A DNA stretch of 64,000 bases, taken from assembly GCA_902785055.1 (NCBI GenBank), contig CACZXG010000003.1, forward strand, positions 3,295-67,294, in the 5' to 3' direction. The notes under the pieces were generated by a model. That model saw only the letters and a list, made by a program, of their open reading frames with translations, was not told where the DNA came from and ran no database searches. Source of the stretch: an uncultured Lachnospiraceae bacterium. Its GTDB lineage: Bacteria; Bacillota; Clostridia; Lachnospirales; Lachnospiraceae. Every line of letters starts with the position of its first letter. The stretch's first letter is position 1. The translations under genes were made by a program, and so were the position numbers. Below, piece by piece: positions 9,603 to 18,272 of the stretch.

Positions 9603-9643
9603 AAAGCTCGTAAACGTAATGTTTACGAGCTTTTTCTTTTTTT
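9603..9643. terminator. Terminator after tRNA-Pro
   Basis: AAAGCTCGTAAAC...GTTTACGAGCTTT followed by T-runs. Confidence 0.75.
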
Positions 9644-9648
9644 GGAAT

Positions 9649-10524
9649 TTACCAATACCCCAATTCTTTTCCTTTTTCAAAAACTCCGTACGCAAGCGCG
9701 TAATAGCCATCCTCGTTGAGGTGAGTGTTATCGATCCAGGGGTTCCTCAGCTGCAGAGAAATATACCCTCTTTTGGCCCTCATATAATCGGTCTCTGTCC
9801 TTCTGAGCCCGTTGAGCTGCAGTCCATGCTCGATCAGATACTTCCTGCCGTTAAAGAGGTGCTCTCCGAACTCCTTCTCAAATGCCTCTTCATACCAGGT
9901 GTTTTCCAGTCCCACCGGCTCCATTGTGTAGCCCCAGATCTGATCAAAGTCATTAGGATCGTCTGTGGAACTTATGATGATATAGCGGTCCGTACCGGAC
10001 TTTGTGATCAGTTCGTGATACTGGCGGATCAGCTGCCTGATGTCTCTCCACCCGCCGTTATCTCCCATCTGGATCACGAGGATATCCTCTTCCTGGCTGC
10101 CGTAGGCGACGCTGCGTCTGAGGATCTCCATGCTGTCCTCGCCTCCGACTCCGAGGTTTCTGACAGGGATTCCCGTCAGCTCCTCCAGGACTTCCGGATA
10201 GGTCAGTCCGTCACTCCCGTAGCCCTCTGTAATGGAATCTCCCCAGCAGTTGATCTCTTCTGTATCCGTCTCATTTTCTTTCAGATAGGCAGGATGTACC
10301 GCAGCGTATTCATACGAGTGTTCCGCTGTATATCCGCTCATGCTCTCGCTGCTCTGCTCGGTCTCCACGGCTTCATGATCCTGATTCATCGGTTCCTCTC
10401 CACCTGCTTCTGCGCCTGCTCCTCCGCCTGTTCCTCCACCTGCTCCGCAGGAGCTCAGCGCTAACACTGCCGCTGCTATGATCAGCGTGATCAAAAATCT
10501 TCTCATACCCTGTTCCCATCTCAT
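9649..10524 (-). CDS. SGNH/GDSL hydrolase family lipoprotein (start may be 10506)
   Basis: Lipobox LSSC, WGDSIT, NLGVGG, G.NG, THLN..GY. Confidence 0.8.
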   Translation of the reverse strand: MRWEQGMRRFLITLIIAAAVLALSSCGAGGGTGGGAGAEAGGEEPMNQDHEAVETEQSSESMSGYTAEHSYEYAAVHPAYLKENETDTEEINCWGDSITEGYGSDGLTYPEVLEELTGIPVRNLGVGGEDSMEILRRSVAYGSQEEDILVIQMGDNGGWRDIRQLIRQYHELITKSGTDRYIIISSTDDPNDFDQIWGYTMEPVGLENTWYEEAFEKEFGEHLFNGRKYLIEHGLQLNGLRRTETDYMRAKRGYISLQLRNPWIDNTHLNEDGYYALAYGVFEKGKELGYW

Positions 10525-10647
10525 ATAAGCACACTGCGTCCGGATCCCGGCTTCAGTGTATTAATTCTCAATACAATATAACAACAAAAAAACTGCCGCT
10601 TATATAATAATAAGCGACAGTTTCCTTTGTTTTCAACAGTATTTCAA

Positions 10648-11018
10648 TTATGCGATCGCCTTCTTAGCAACCTCAGTGAGTGCTGCGAAGCCTGCTGCGT
10701 CGTTGACTGCGAGCTCAGCGAGCATCTTGCGGTTGATGTCGACGCCTGCGACCTTGAGGCCGTGCATCATCTGGCTGTAGCTGATGCCGTTCATTCTGGC
10801 TGCAGCGTTGATACGAACGATCCAAAGGGATCTCATCTCTCTCTTCTTCTGCTTTCTGCCTGCGAATGCAGATGTAAGAGCACGCATAACGGACTGCTTG
10901 GCAATTCTATACTGCTTGGACCTGGCTCCTCTGTAGCCCTTGGCAAGCTTTAATACTCTGTTGTGTTTCTTTCTCGCATTAAGAGCGCCTTTAATTCTGG
11001 CCCTTTAATTCTGGCCAT
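10648..11018 (-). pseudogene. rplT: 50S ribosomal protein L20, frameshifted by a 14-bp tandem duplication (possible assembly error)
   Basis: Removing one copy of CTTTAATTCTGGCC (10989-11016) restores a 118-aa [14 protein letters not shown]...[14 protein letters not shown]20. Confidence 0.9.
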
Positions 11019-11105
11019 TTTATCTATCCTCCATTATATGTAAGGCACAATTACAATTGTGCGTTTCTTCTTAATTCGAATCCGTTCTTCATGCACCTGT
11101 CTTAA

Positions 11106-11342
11106 TTACAGATAAGGCATGATCTTCTTCATTGTCTTGATGTTGGTAGCGTCCGCCAGAATAGGCTTTCTGAGGTTTCTCTTCCTCTTTGTGGACTTCT
11201 TGGTCAGGATGTGGCGCTTATTGGCTTTAAATCTCATAAGTTTGCCGGAGCCTGTCAGTTTGAAGCGCTTTGCAGCAGCTCTCTTAGTTTTCATCAGTTT
11301 GAAGCGCTTTGCAGCAGCTCTCTTAGTTTTCATCTTGGGCAT
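11106..11342 (-). CDS. rpmI: 50S ribosomal protein L35 with in-frame 13-aa duplication
   Basis: [15 protein letters not shown]...[12 protein letters not shown]; GGAGG RBS before ATG at 11342. Confidence 0.92.
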   Translation of the reverse strand: MPKMKTKRAAAKRFKLMKTKRAAAKRFKLTGSGKLMRFKANKRHILTKKSTKRKRNLRKPILADATNIKTMKKIMPYL

Positions 11343-11573
11343 TCTATTTACCTCCTTTGCCAAACGTGGATCATCGTCCACATCCGGATCACGCTTTTGG
11401 CATGTCCGGAAAATGTCTGCGGCGTTACGGACACAGACTTCTGAGTGAAAGTCCAAAGTCTTTCACTGTTGATTGCGGTTCTGTTTCTGTCATAAAACCC
11501 CCTGACAGAACTCTATTCAAACCGGCTGCGAATATCACGCAGTTATCTTTAAGTCCCGGAACCGGTCCTTAGA

Positions 11574-12095
11574 TCACTGCTTCTTGCCGGCAAGAAACAT
11601 GGTAAGGCTTCTTCCTTCTACCTTCGGGGTCTTGTCAACCATAGCGCAGTCCTTAAGCGCATCCGCGAAATCCGTGAGGATGTGGGCGCTCTGCTGCATA
11701 TGGGCCATTTCACGTCCACGGAATCGAAGTGTTACTTTCACGCGGTCGCCCTTGGTAAGGAACTTCCTTGCAGCATTGATCTTGGTCTGAAGATCGTTAG
11801 TGTCGATGTTGGGAGACATACGGATCTCCTTGATCTCGACAGTGTGCTGCTTCTTCTTGGCATCCTTCTCTTTTCTGGTCTTTTCATATTTGTACTTGCC
11901 GTAGTCGATGATCTTGCACACCGGCGGCTTGGCACCGGGAGAGATCTTGACCAGATCAAGTTCAGCCTCTTCAGCAAGTTTTCTTGCCTCGAGAGCGGAC
12001 ATGATGCCGAGCATCTCGCCGTCAGGGCCGATCACTCGGACTTCCCTGTCGCGAATCTGTTCATTAATGAATAAATTGTCGTTAGTGTTTCTGAT
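11574..12095 (-). CDS. infC: Translation initiation factor IF-3, probable non-canonical ATC start
   Basis: INEQIR, LDLV.ISP...PPVCKI.DYGK, LRFRGRE; GGAGGG lies 7 nt before an in-frame ATC at 12095. Confidence 0.95.
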   Translation of the reverse strand: MRNTNDNLFINEQIRDREVRVIGPDGEMLGIMSALEARKLAEEAELDLVKISPGAKPPVCKIIDYGKYKYEKTRKEKDAKKKQHTVEIKEIRMSPNIDTNDLQTKINAARKFLTKGDRVKVTLRFRGREMAHMQQSAHILTDFADALKDCAMVDKTPKVEGRSLTMFLAGKKQ

Positions 12096-12120
12096 TGCAG
12101 TACCCTCCACAACTTAAGAC

Positions 12121-12270
12121 AAAAGAAAACAGCGGCACAATCTGTACCGCTGTCAACAAATCCTGATTCTCTTCGCAGCTCATTTCTTCTGGAAACAGCT
12201 GCCGGATCAAAGATTGGTATTAACCGCAAAAGCTTTCGCCGTTGGGTGAGAGCGGTAACTCTTCTTTTTT
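12121..12270 (-). ncRNA. Ribosomal protein L20 leader (cis-regulatory attenuator)
   Basis: Upstream of infC-rpmI-rplT; AGAAG..ACCGCTCTCACC 5' motif and ACAGCGGTAC...GTGCCGCTGTTTTCTTTT terminator, as in Firmicute L20 leaders; boundaries approximate. Confidence 0.7.
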
Positions 12271-12368
12271 GTACCAATTACGTGTTTTCACGTACCAAAT
12301 TACAATATCACTCAGTCCTCTAACTGTCAAGCGGTAACTTTGACTTTTTTGCCAAAACAGTGCCTGTT

Positions 12369-12608
12369 TTACCGGTTAGTGAACTTTCCTATGCACCAGC
12401 TGAAGATCCACAGAAAGATCGGCACCGCAATGGTCATTCCCAGACTGAAGCGAAACAGTCTGCCCGAAGATTCCGTTCCAAGGAAGGCGCTGACAAAAGT
12501 AAGCAGGTAGAGCCCCACCAGAAGAACGATGCCGATCACGGCTGCCACTCTCTTAACAGTCGAGGGCGCCTTCTCCTGCTCATTCTTGTTTTCAGAAATT
12601 TCGCTCAT
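12369..12608 (-). CDS. Small two-TM hypothetical membrane protein
   Basis: Two hydrophobic helices; start overlaps HAD gene stop; GGAGG RBS. Confidence 0.75.
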   Translation of the reverse strand: MSEISENKNEQEKAPSTVKRVAAVIGIVLLVGLYLLTFVSAFLGTESSGRLFRFSLGMTIAVPIFLWIFSWCIGKFTNR

Positions 12609-13216
12609 TACGATTCCTCCAATAGAGCCTTCAGATCCGAGGCCGCCTGCTCATGGTCCCTGACCCGGATCGTGCGGATCCCGAACTTCCTCGCTGCGGC
12701 GAGATTGTCCTCCAGATCATCCAAAAACACGCATTTTAAAGGATCCAGATCGTACTTATCGATAAGGATCTGATAGAAAGCCGGATCGGGCTTGATCACA
12801 TGATAGTCGCAGGACAGCAGTCCCCCGTCCATGTACGGAAGGAAATCCATAGCATCCTCATTGTCCCTTGCCACTTTCATGGAATAGTTGGACAGATAGA
12901 GGACTCTTCTTCCGCTCTCCCTGATCTGCCTGATCCACGGGATCGATGTCTGCAGTCTGTATACGACGCCGTGGATATTCTTCATGCAGGCCCTGATCTC
13001 CTGCTCAAGCTCCGGCGTATCCTGCACAAAGCGGTCGATCACTTCCTCGTCACTAAGGAGCCCAATGTCAAACTCTTTCCAGTTCGGATTTTTGACCGTA
13101 CTGTCGAGGAGTCTTTGGCACATCTCGGGAGAATATCCGAACTGCTCAAAAAAGTGTATCCTGCCAAGCCCGACCAGGACGCCGCCAATATCAAAAATAA
13201 CTGTATCGATCTTCAT
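12608..13216 (-). CDS. HAD family phosphatase
   Basis: IFDIGGVL, LSN, KPDP, FLDD motifs. Confidence 0.9.
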   Translation of the reverse strand: MKIDTVIFDIGGVLVGLGRIHFFEQFGYSPEMCQRLLDSTVKNPNWKEFDIGLLSDEEVIDRFVQDTPELEQEIRACMKNIHGVVYRLQTSIPWIRQIRESGRRVLYLSNYSMKVARDNEDAMDFLPYMDGGLLSCDYHVIKPDPAFYQILIDKYDLDPLKCVFLDDLEDNLAAARKFGIRTIRVRDHEQAASDLKALLEES

Positions 13217-13220
13217 AATA

Positions 13221-14519
13221 TCACTTTTTGCTGAGAGCGGATTCACGGTAAATAATATCATCCCTTCCGGGCCCGTTGGATACCATCGTGATCGGGTATC
13301 CGATCTGCTGCTCTATGAATTCTATATAGTTTCTGCAGTTCTCCGGAAGATCTTCATACTTTTTGATCCCCCTGATCTCGCATTTCCATCCGGGAAGCTT
13401 CTTCCACACCGGTTTCGCCTTTTTGAGGACATGTGTGACAGGAAACTCTGTAGTCTCCTCTCCGTCGATCTCATAAGCGACACATACCGGTATCTCGTCG
13501 AGATATCCCAGAACATCGAGCACAGTGAAGGCCACATCTGTAGCGCCCTGCAGGCGGCATCCGTACTTGGAGGCCACACAGTCGTACCAGCCGACTCTTC
13601 TGGGCCTTCCGGTGGTCGCGCCGTACTCGCCGCCGTCTCCGCCTCTTCTGCGCAGTTCCTCGGCTTCGCTTCCAAAGATCTCGGAAGTGAACTCGCCCGC
13701 TCCTACTGCGGAAGAATAAGCTTTGTTGACGACCACGATCTTCTCTATGGCGTAGGGCGGAATCCCCGCTCCGATCGCGCCGTAAGCGGCCAGCGTGCTG
13801 GAAGAAGTGACCATGGGATAGATACCGTGGTCAGGATCCTTCATAGTGCCGAGCTGGCCCTCAAGAAGGATCGTCTTTCCCTCTTTAATAGCTCTCTCCA
13901 GGTACTCGGCGGCATTGCCCACATAGGGAGCGATCATGTCGCGGTACTCCAGAAGCGTATTCAGAAGCGCCTTCTGGTCGATAGGATCCGTGTGATAGAG
14001 ATTCACCAGAAGGATATCTTTTTTGACACATACATCCGCGATCTTCTCCGCCAGGACCGCCTCATCCTGAAACAGCTCATTGACCTGGAAACCGATCTTG
14101 GCGTATTTGTCGGAATAGAAAGGCGCGATGCCGGACTTGGTAGAGCCGAAGGACTTGCCCGCCAGTCTCTCCTCTTCGAGCTGGTCGAAGAGAATGTGAT
14201 AGGGCATCACGATCTGGCAGCGGTCCGAGATCATCAGCTGCGGCGCCGGCACTCCTTTTTCGATGATCCCCTGAACCTCTTTAAAAAGAAGCGGGATATT
14301 CAGCGCAACGCCGTTTCCGATAATATTCATTACGTCCCGGTGAAAAACGCCGGACGGCAGTGTGTGGAGCGCGAATTTACCGTACCCGTTGACGATCGTG
14401 TGCCCCGCGTTGGCACCTCCCTGAAAGCGGATCACGACATCCGCGGAATCGGCCAGCATGTCTGTGATCTTGCCTTTTCCTTCATCGCCCCAGTTCGCGC
14501 CTACGACAGCTTTAACCAT
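13221..14519 (-). CDS. purA: Adenylosuccinate synthetase
   Basis: GANWGDEGKGK, GGANAGHT, GATTGRPRRVGW. Confidence 0.97.
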   Translation of the reverse strand: MVKAVVGANWGDEGKGKITDMLADSADVVIRFQGGANAGHTIVNGYGKFALHTLPSGVFHRDVMNIIGNGVALNIPLLFKEVQGIIEKGVPAPQLMISDRCQIVMPYHILFDQLEEERLAGKSFGSTKSGIAPFYSDKYAKIGFQVNELFQDEAVLAEKIADVCVKKDILLVNLYHTDPIDQKALLNTLLEYRDMIAPYVGNAAEYLERAIKEGKTILLEGQLGTMKDPDHGIYPMVTSSSTLAAYGAIGAGIPPYAIEKIVVVNKAYSSAVGAGEFTSEIFGSEAEELRRRGGDGGEYGATTGRPRRVGWYDCVASKYGCRLQGATDVAFTVLDVLGYLDEIPVCVAYEIDGEETTEFPVTHVLKKAKPVWKKLPGWKCEIRGIKKYEDLPENCRNYIEFIEQQIGYPITMVSNGPGRDDIIYRESALSKK

Positions 14520-14593
14520 ATCTTCCTCCTTTGGCCGGCAGATCAATAACCTTCTGCCGTTTATAATGAATTATCGGGAGCAGTTTATTGTGA

Positions 14594-16027
14594 TCAGACG
14601 TTGATCTCGGCCTTTTCTCCGAGAATATCTCTGTTTGCATCCAGCACAGGGCGGATCACATCCCTGAGGAATCTCTCAACCTGGTGAGGCGCACATCCGA
14701 TATATCTTGAGGGATCCATCGATTTCCTGAGCTCTTCGATACTCATGTGGAAAGCCGGATCTGCCGCGATCAGCTCGAGCAGGTTGTTGTCCAGGCCCTC
14801 TTCCTTCACGCGTCTGCCTGCTTCCATAGACAGTTCCCGGATCCTCTCATGCAGTTCCTGCCTGTCTCCGCCAGCCTTTACTGCGTCCATCATGATATTC
14901 TCGGTCGCCATAAAGGGCAGTTCCGCCATGAGGCGCTTCTCGATGACCTTGGGGTATACCTTGAGGCCGTCTGTGACATTCAGGCACAGATCGAGTACTC
15001 CGTCGATGGCGAGGAATCCCTCGGGAACAGAAAGTCTCTTATTGGCAGAGTCGTCGAGGGTTCTCTCAAACCACTGTGTGCCCGCTGTGACTGCGGGGTT
15101 TAAAACATCGATCATCACATATCTGGAGAGAGAGCAGATTCTCTCGCTGCGCATGGGGTTTCTCTTGTAAGCCATTGCGCTGGAACCGATCTGGCTCTTC
15201 TCGAAAGGCTCTTCCACTTCCTTGAGGTGCTGGAGAAGGCGGATGTCCGTTCCAAGCTTCATAGCTGCGGAAGCGACGATTCCCAGTGCATTTAAAACGA
15301 TGGTGTCCACAAGTCTGGGATAGGTCTGTCCGGATACGGGAACACAGCCGTCGAATCCCATTTTCTCGGCGATCATGGGATCAAGGCGATCCACCTTATC
15401 GAGATCTCCGTCAAACAGTTCGAGGAAAGAGGCCTGCGTGCCCGTGGTCCCCTTGCTTCCCAGAAGTTTCAGGTTTCCGAGCACATGTTCCACCTCGCCA
15501 AGCGCAAGGTAGAATTCCTGCATCCAAAGAGTCGCTCTTTTGCCCACTGTTGTAGGCTGCGCAGGCTGGAAATGTGTAAATCCCAAGGTGGGAAGACTCT
15601 TGTATTCGTCTGCGAACCCTGCCAGCTCCGCCAGAACATTGATCAGTTTGCGGCGCACCAGTCTGAGTGCTTCCCTCATGATGATGACGTCCGTGTTGTC
15701 TCCAACATAGCAGCTGGTGGCACCGAGGTGGATGATCCCTTTCGCCTTGGGGCACTGCAGTCCGTATGCGTAGACATGACTCATGACGTCATGGCGGACC
15801 ACTTTTTCTCTGGCTTTGGCTTCTTCGTAGTTAATATCATCGGCGTGGGCTCTGAGTTCGGCGATCTGCTCATCAGTAATGGGCAGCCCGAGCTCTTTTT
15901 CTGTCTCAGCCAGCGCGATCCACAGTTTCCTCCAGGTCCTGAATTTCATGTCAGGGGAGAAAATATACTGCATCTCTTTGCTCGCGTATCTCTCAGAGAG
16001 CGGGCTCACATATCTGTCATTGGCCAT
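14594..16027 (-). CDS. purB: Adenylosuccinate lyase
   Basis: RHDVM, HLGATS, THFQPAQ, GSSAMAYKRNP. Confidence 0.97.
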   Translation of the reverse strand: MANDRYVSPLSERYASKEMQYIFSPDMKFRTWRKLWIALAETEKELGLPITDEQIAELRAHADDINYEEAKAREKVVRHDVMSHVYAYGLQCPKAKGIIHLGATSCYVGDNTDVIIMREALRLVRRKLINVLAELAGFADEYKSLPTLGFTHFQPAQPTTVGKRATLWMQEFYLALGEVEHVLGNLKLLGSKGTTGTQASFLELFDGDLDKVDRLDPMIAEKMGFDGCVPVSGQTYPRLVDTIVLNALGIVASAAMKLGTDIRLLQHLKEVEEPFEKSQIGSSAMAYKRNPMRSERICSLSRYVMIDVLNPAVTAGTQWFERTLDDSANKRLSVPEGFLAIDGVLDLCLNVTDGLKVYPKVIEKRLMAELPFMATENIMMDAVKAGGDRQELHERIRELSMEAGRRVKEEGLDNNLLELIAADPAFHMSIEELRKSMDPSRYIGCAPHQVERFLRDVIRPVLDANRDILGEKAEINV

Positions 16028-16165
16028 TTCTGGTTTCCTTTCTCGATTCTGATCAAAATTCCGTAAGGCTTTTGCGCCTTATCTGACAACGTAATACAGT
16101 ATAACAATATTTTTCCCGATTTCAATAAAAGGATTGTTCAAGATCATGCTCAGGCCCTTAATTTC

Positions 16166-17005
16166 CTAGAAAGAAGGCGCGTTGTCCTCCCTGAAGCGGT
16201 CCCGCAGTTCCCGGATCCTCTGCCTTGCGTAATTGTCGAAAGATTTGGTCTGCCCGTTGCGGAGGTACACCTGCAAACGCTTGCTCTGCCTGCCGGCAGT
16301 CCCGCTCTTCCATTCTTTTTCCGCTATGGCAGCCGCATTTTCCAGTTCCCGTGCAGGATCTTCCAGCTCCGGGTGTTCCTCTATAAAAGCCCTGTACTCC
16401 TCATCGGGGATCGAAAAGCGCAGAGCAGCCAGGTATCTGACGCAGTTCTGTCTGCTTCCGGAGAGCCTCCAGGCTTTGCCATAACAATCTGCCGCCTCCG
16501 CGTACCGAAAACCCTGTGCATAGAGAAATCCCTTCTCAGCCCAGATCCTGCCGCGCATTTCCCGCTCGAGTTCGGGCAGTTCCGACTCGATTCCGTCCAT
16601 CAGTTCGATGGCCCGGGTGACCTGCCCTCTCGAAGCCGCGAACTTAGCCTCACTGAGTCTCCTGTGGAAAGGCTCCATTCCCTTACCTGAGGATATTGAC
16701 GCCCGGATCCTCTCTATTTCGGCTACGCTCTGATATCCCACATACAGAAGGATCACAGATGCGAAGTCCTCCACTGCGCATCTTCCCCGCAGGAGCGAGC
16801 GCAGCTGGGAAGCAAGTTCAGCGAGTCCGCAGGACTCCTCAAGCCACACCAAAAGCTCGTGGTCCATAAAATCCTCGTCAAGGAAAGAGGCGCACTGGGC
16901 TATGGAATAGCACAGTTCCTCAACTGTATAGACATTCCGGTCTATGATCCTGATCCGGTAGGGCTTCTCCGCGATCCGCCCCGTTGTCAAAATACACCTA
17001 CCCAT
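16166..17005 (-). CDS. Hypothetical protein with TPR-like helical C-terminal half
   Basis: Overlaps the upstream gene; KGFLYAQGFRYAEAADCYGKAW is TPR-like. Confidence 0.75.
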   Translation of the reverse strand: MGRCILTTGRIAEKPYRIRIIDRNVYTVEELCYSIAQCASFLDEDFMDHELLVWLEESCGLAELASQLRSLLRGRCAVEDFASVILLYVGYQSVAEIERIRASISSGKGMEPFHRRLSEAKFAASRGQVTRAIELMDGIESELPELEREMRGRIWAEKGFLYAQGFRYAEAADCYGKAWRLSGSRQNCVRYLAALRFSIPDEEYRAFIEEHPELEDPARELENAAAIAEKEWKSGTAGRQSKRLQVYLRNGQTKSFDNYARQRIRELRDRFREDNAPSF

Positions 17006-18272
17006 TGATGGCTATCTCCTGTTCCCATTTCATCCCCGAGGAGGGGAAGATCTCTCCAAACCCCAGGTCCTCCGCTTCCAGTCTCATCCGCTCCGAAGAG
17101 GTCATGCTGAGCCTGATCCTGAGTCTCGTGGCTGCTCTCGGCCTCTGCGGCATGTTTTCCAGCCTGACCCTGATCTCCCGCTCATTTCCCCGGTCTACGG
17201 AAGTCTCCAAAAGAACGATCTCATCCCCGTCCTCCAGCAGGATATCGATCTGAGCGGCGGCGTCATACCACGCTGCCCCCGCGTCCAGAAGCGCCTGGTA
17301 CACTGTCCTGCCCTTTTTGAGGCACTCCATGCCAATGTTGCAGCGAAGCGCGTCCCTGCTCAGGTAGAAGTATTTGTCAGCCTTGGAGGCAAGCCCGCAG
17401 GCCGCCATAGTGCTGTCTGCCGCGCCCTTGCTGTAGAGCGTATCTCCCTGGAATGCCTTCCGTCCCCGGCAGATCAGGTTAAGGGAGTCCTTCATCCACC
17501 CGCCGCCCAGTGCCGGTCCGGTGAGATAGGCCGCAGAAAACTCCTTTTCCTGCATCAGTTCTCTCACTGCTTTGAAAAGCAACCTGTCCTTCTCCGAAGG
17601 ATCCGCATCCGCAGGGATCTCCAGATGACGTTCCTGCGGAAAGCACACTATGGGCCTCGTTTTCTTGTTGAAAGAAAGCGTGTAGAGCACCAGTTCCGAA
17701 TCGGACCAGCCGTCTACCAGAAGCACCGACTGTCTGCGCTGCTCCTCATCCTGCATGAGCACATAGTGATAGAAAGACTTGATGTGCTCCTCATAAGCCA
17801 CTTTGTCAAAACCGGGGAAAAGCACCTCTGCCGCCCTTTTCAGGATTTCCGCATTTGTGCTGTTCATATCTGTCGTCGTAAAAGTCAGCGCCTCGATCTC
17901 TTCCGTCGTCACTTCTGCTGACAGAAGGTTCATACAATAACCGAGAAAAGCGATCAGGATCTTTAGATAAACACTTTCTCCGCTCTCCTCCCGCTCTTTT
18001 TCAGCATTAGCAAGAAGATGTGTGAACGGTTCCTTTCCCCGCTCGGCACAAAGCGTCAGAGCGTCATTTCCAAAATACCACTCTCCGCTCTCCGGATCCT
18101 GAAAAGCTGCCGCCGGAATATCAAATTCCTCGCCTCCCGCGACATATGAAAATGTATAGGGATCCATCCCGGCCGTAAGCCTTCGCGTGTTCAGATAGGA
18201 AATCTGGCAGAAAGTTTCCCCGATATCAATCCCCAGAAGATATTTTTTTTCAGGTAGTCTGGTAAATAGCAT
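16998..18272 (-). CDS. DUF5716-like protein with degenerate Hsp70/actin-like fold
   Basis: LLGIDIGETFCQIS resembles the Hsp70 phosphate-1 motif; C-terminal MPQRPRAATRL...AEDLGFG resembles the Hsp70 substrate-binding beta domain; DUF name from recognition. Confidence 0.7.
   Translation of the reverse strand: MLFTRLPEKKYLLGIDIGETFCQISYLNTRRLTAGMDPYTFSYVAGGEEFDIPAAAFQDPESGEWYFGNDALTLCAERGKEPFTHLLANAEKEREESGESVYLKILIAFLGYCMNLLSAEVTTEEIEALTFTTTDMNSTNAEILKRAAEVLFPGFDKVAYEEHIKSFYHYVLMQDEEQRRQSVLLVDGWSDSELVLYTLSFNKKTRPIVCFPQERHLEIPADADPSEKDRLLFKAVRELMQEKEFSAAYLTGPALGGGWMKDSLNLICRGRKAFQGDTLYSKGAADSTMAACGLASKADKYFYLSRDALRCNIGMECLKKGRTVYQALLDAGAAWYDAAAQIDILLEDGDEIVLLETSVDRGNEREIRVRLENMPQRPRAATRLRIRLSMTSSERMRLEAEDLGFGEIFPSSGMKWEQEIAING

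Noticed and set aside
9523-10524. Island integrated at tRNA-Pro
   Set aside because: No integrase and no duplicated tRNA 3' end; housekeeping genes resume after one gene.
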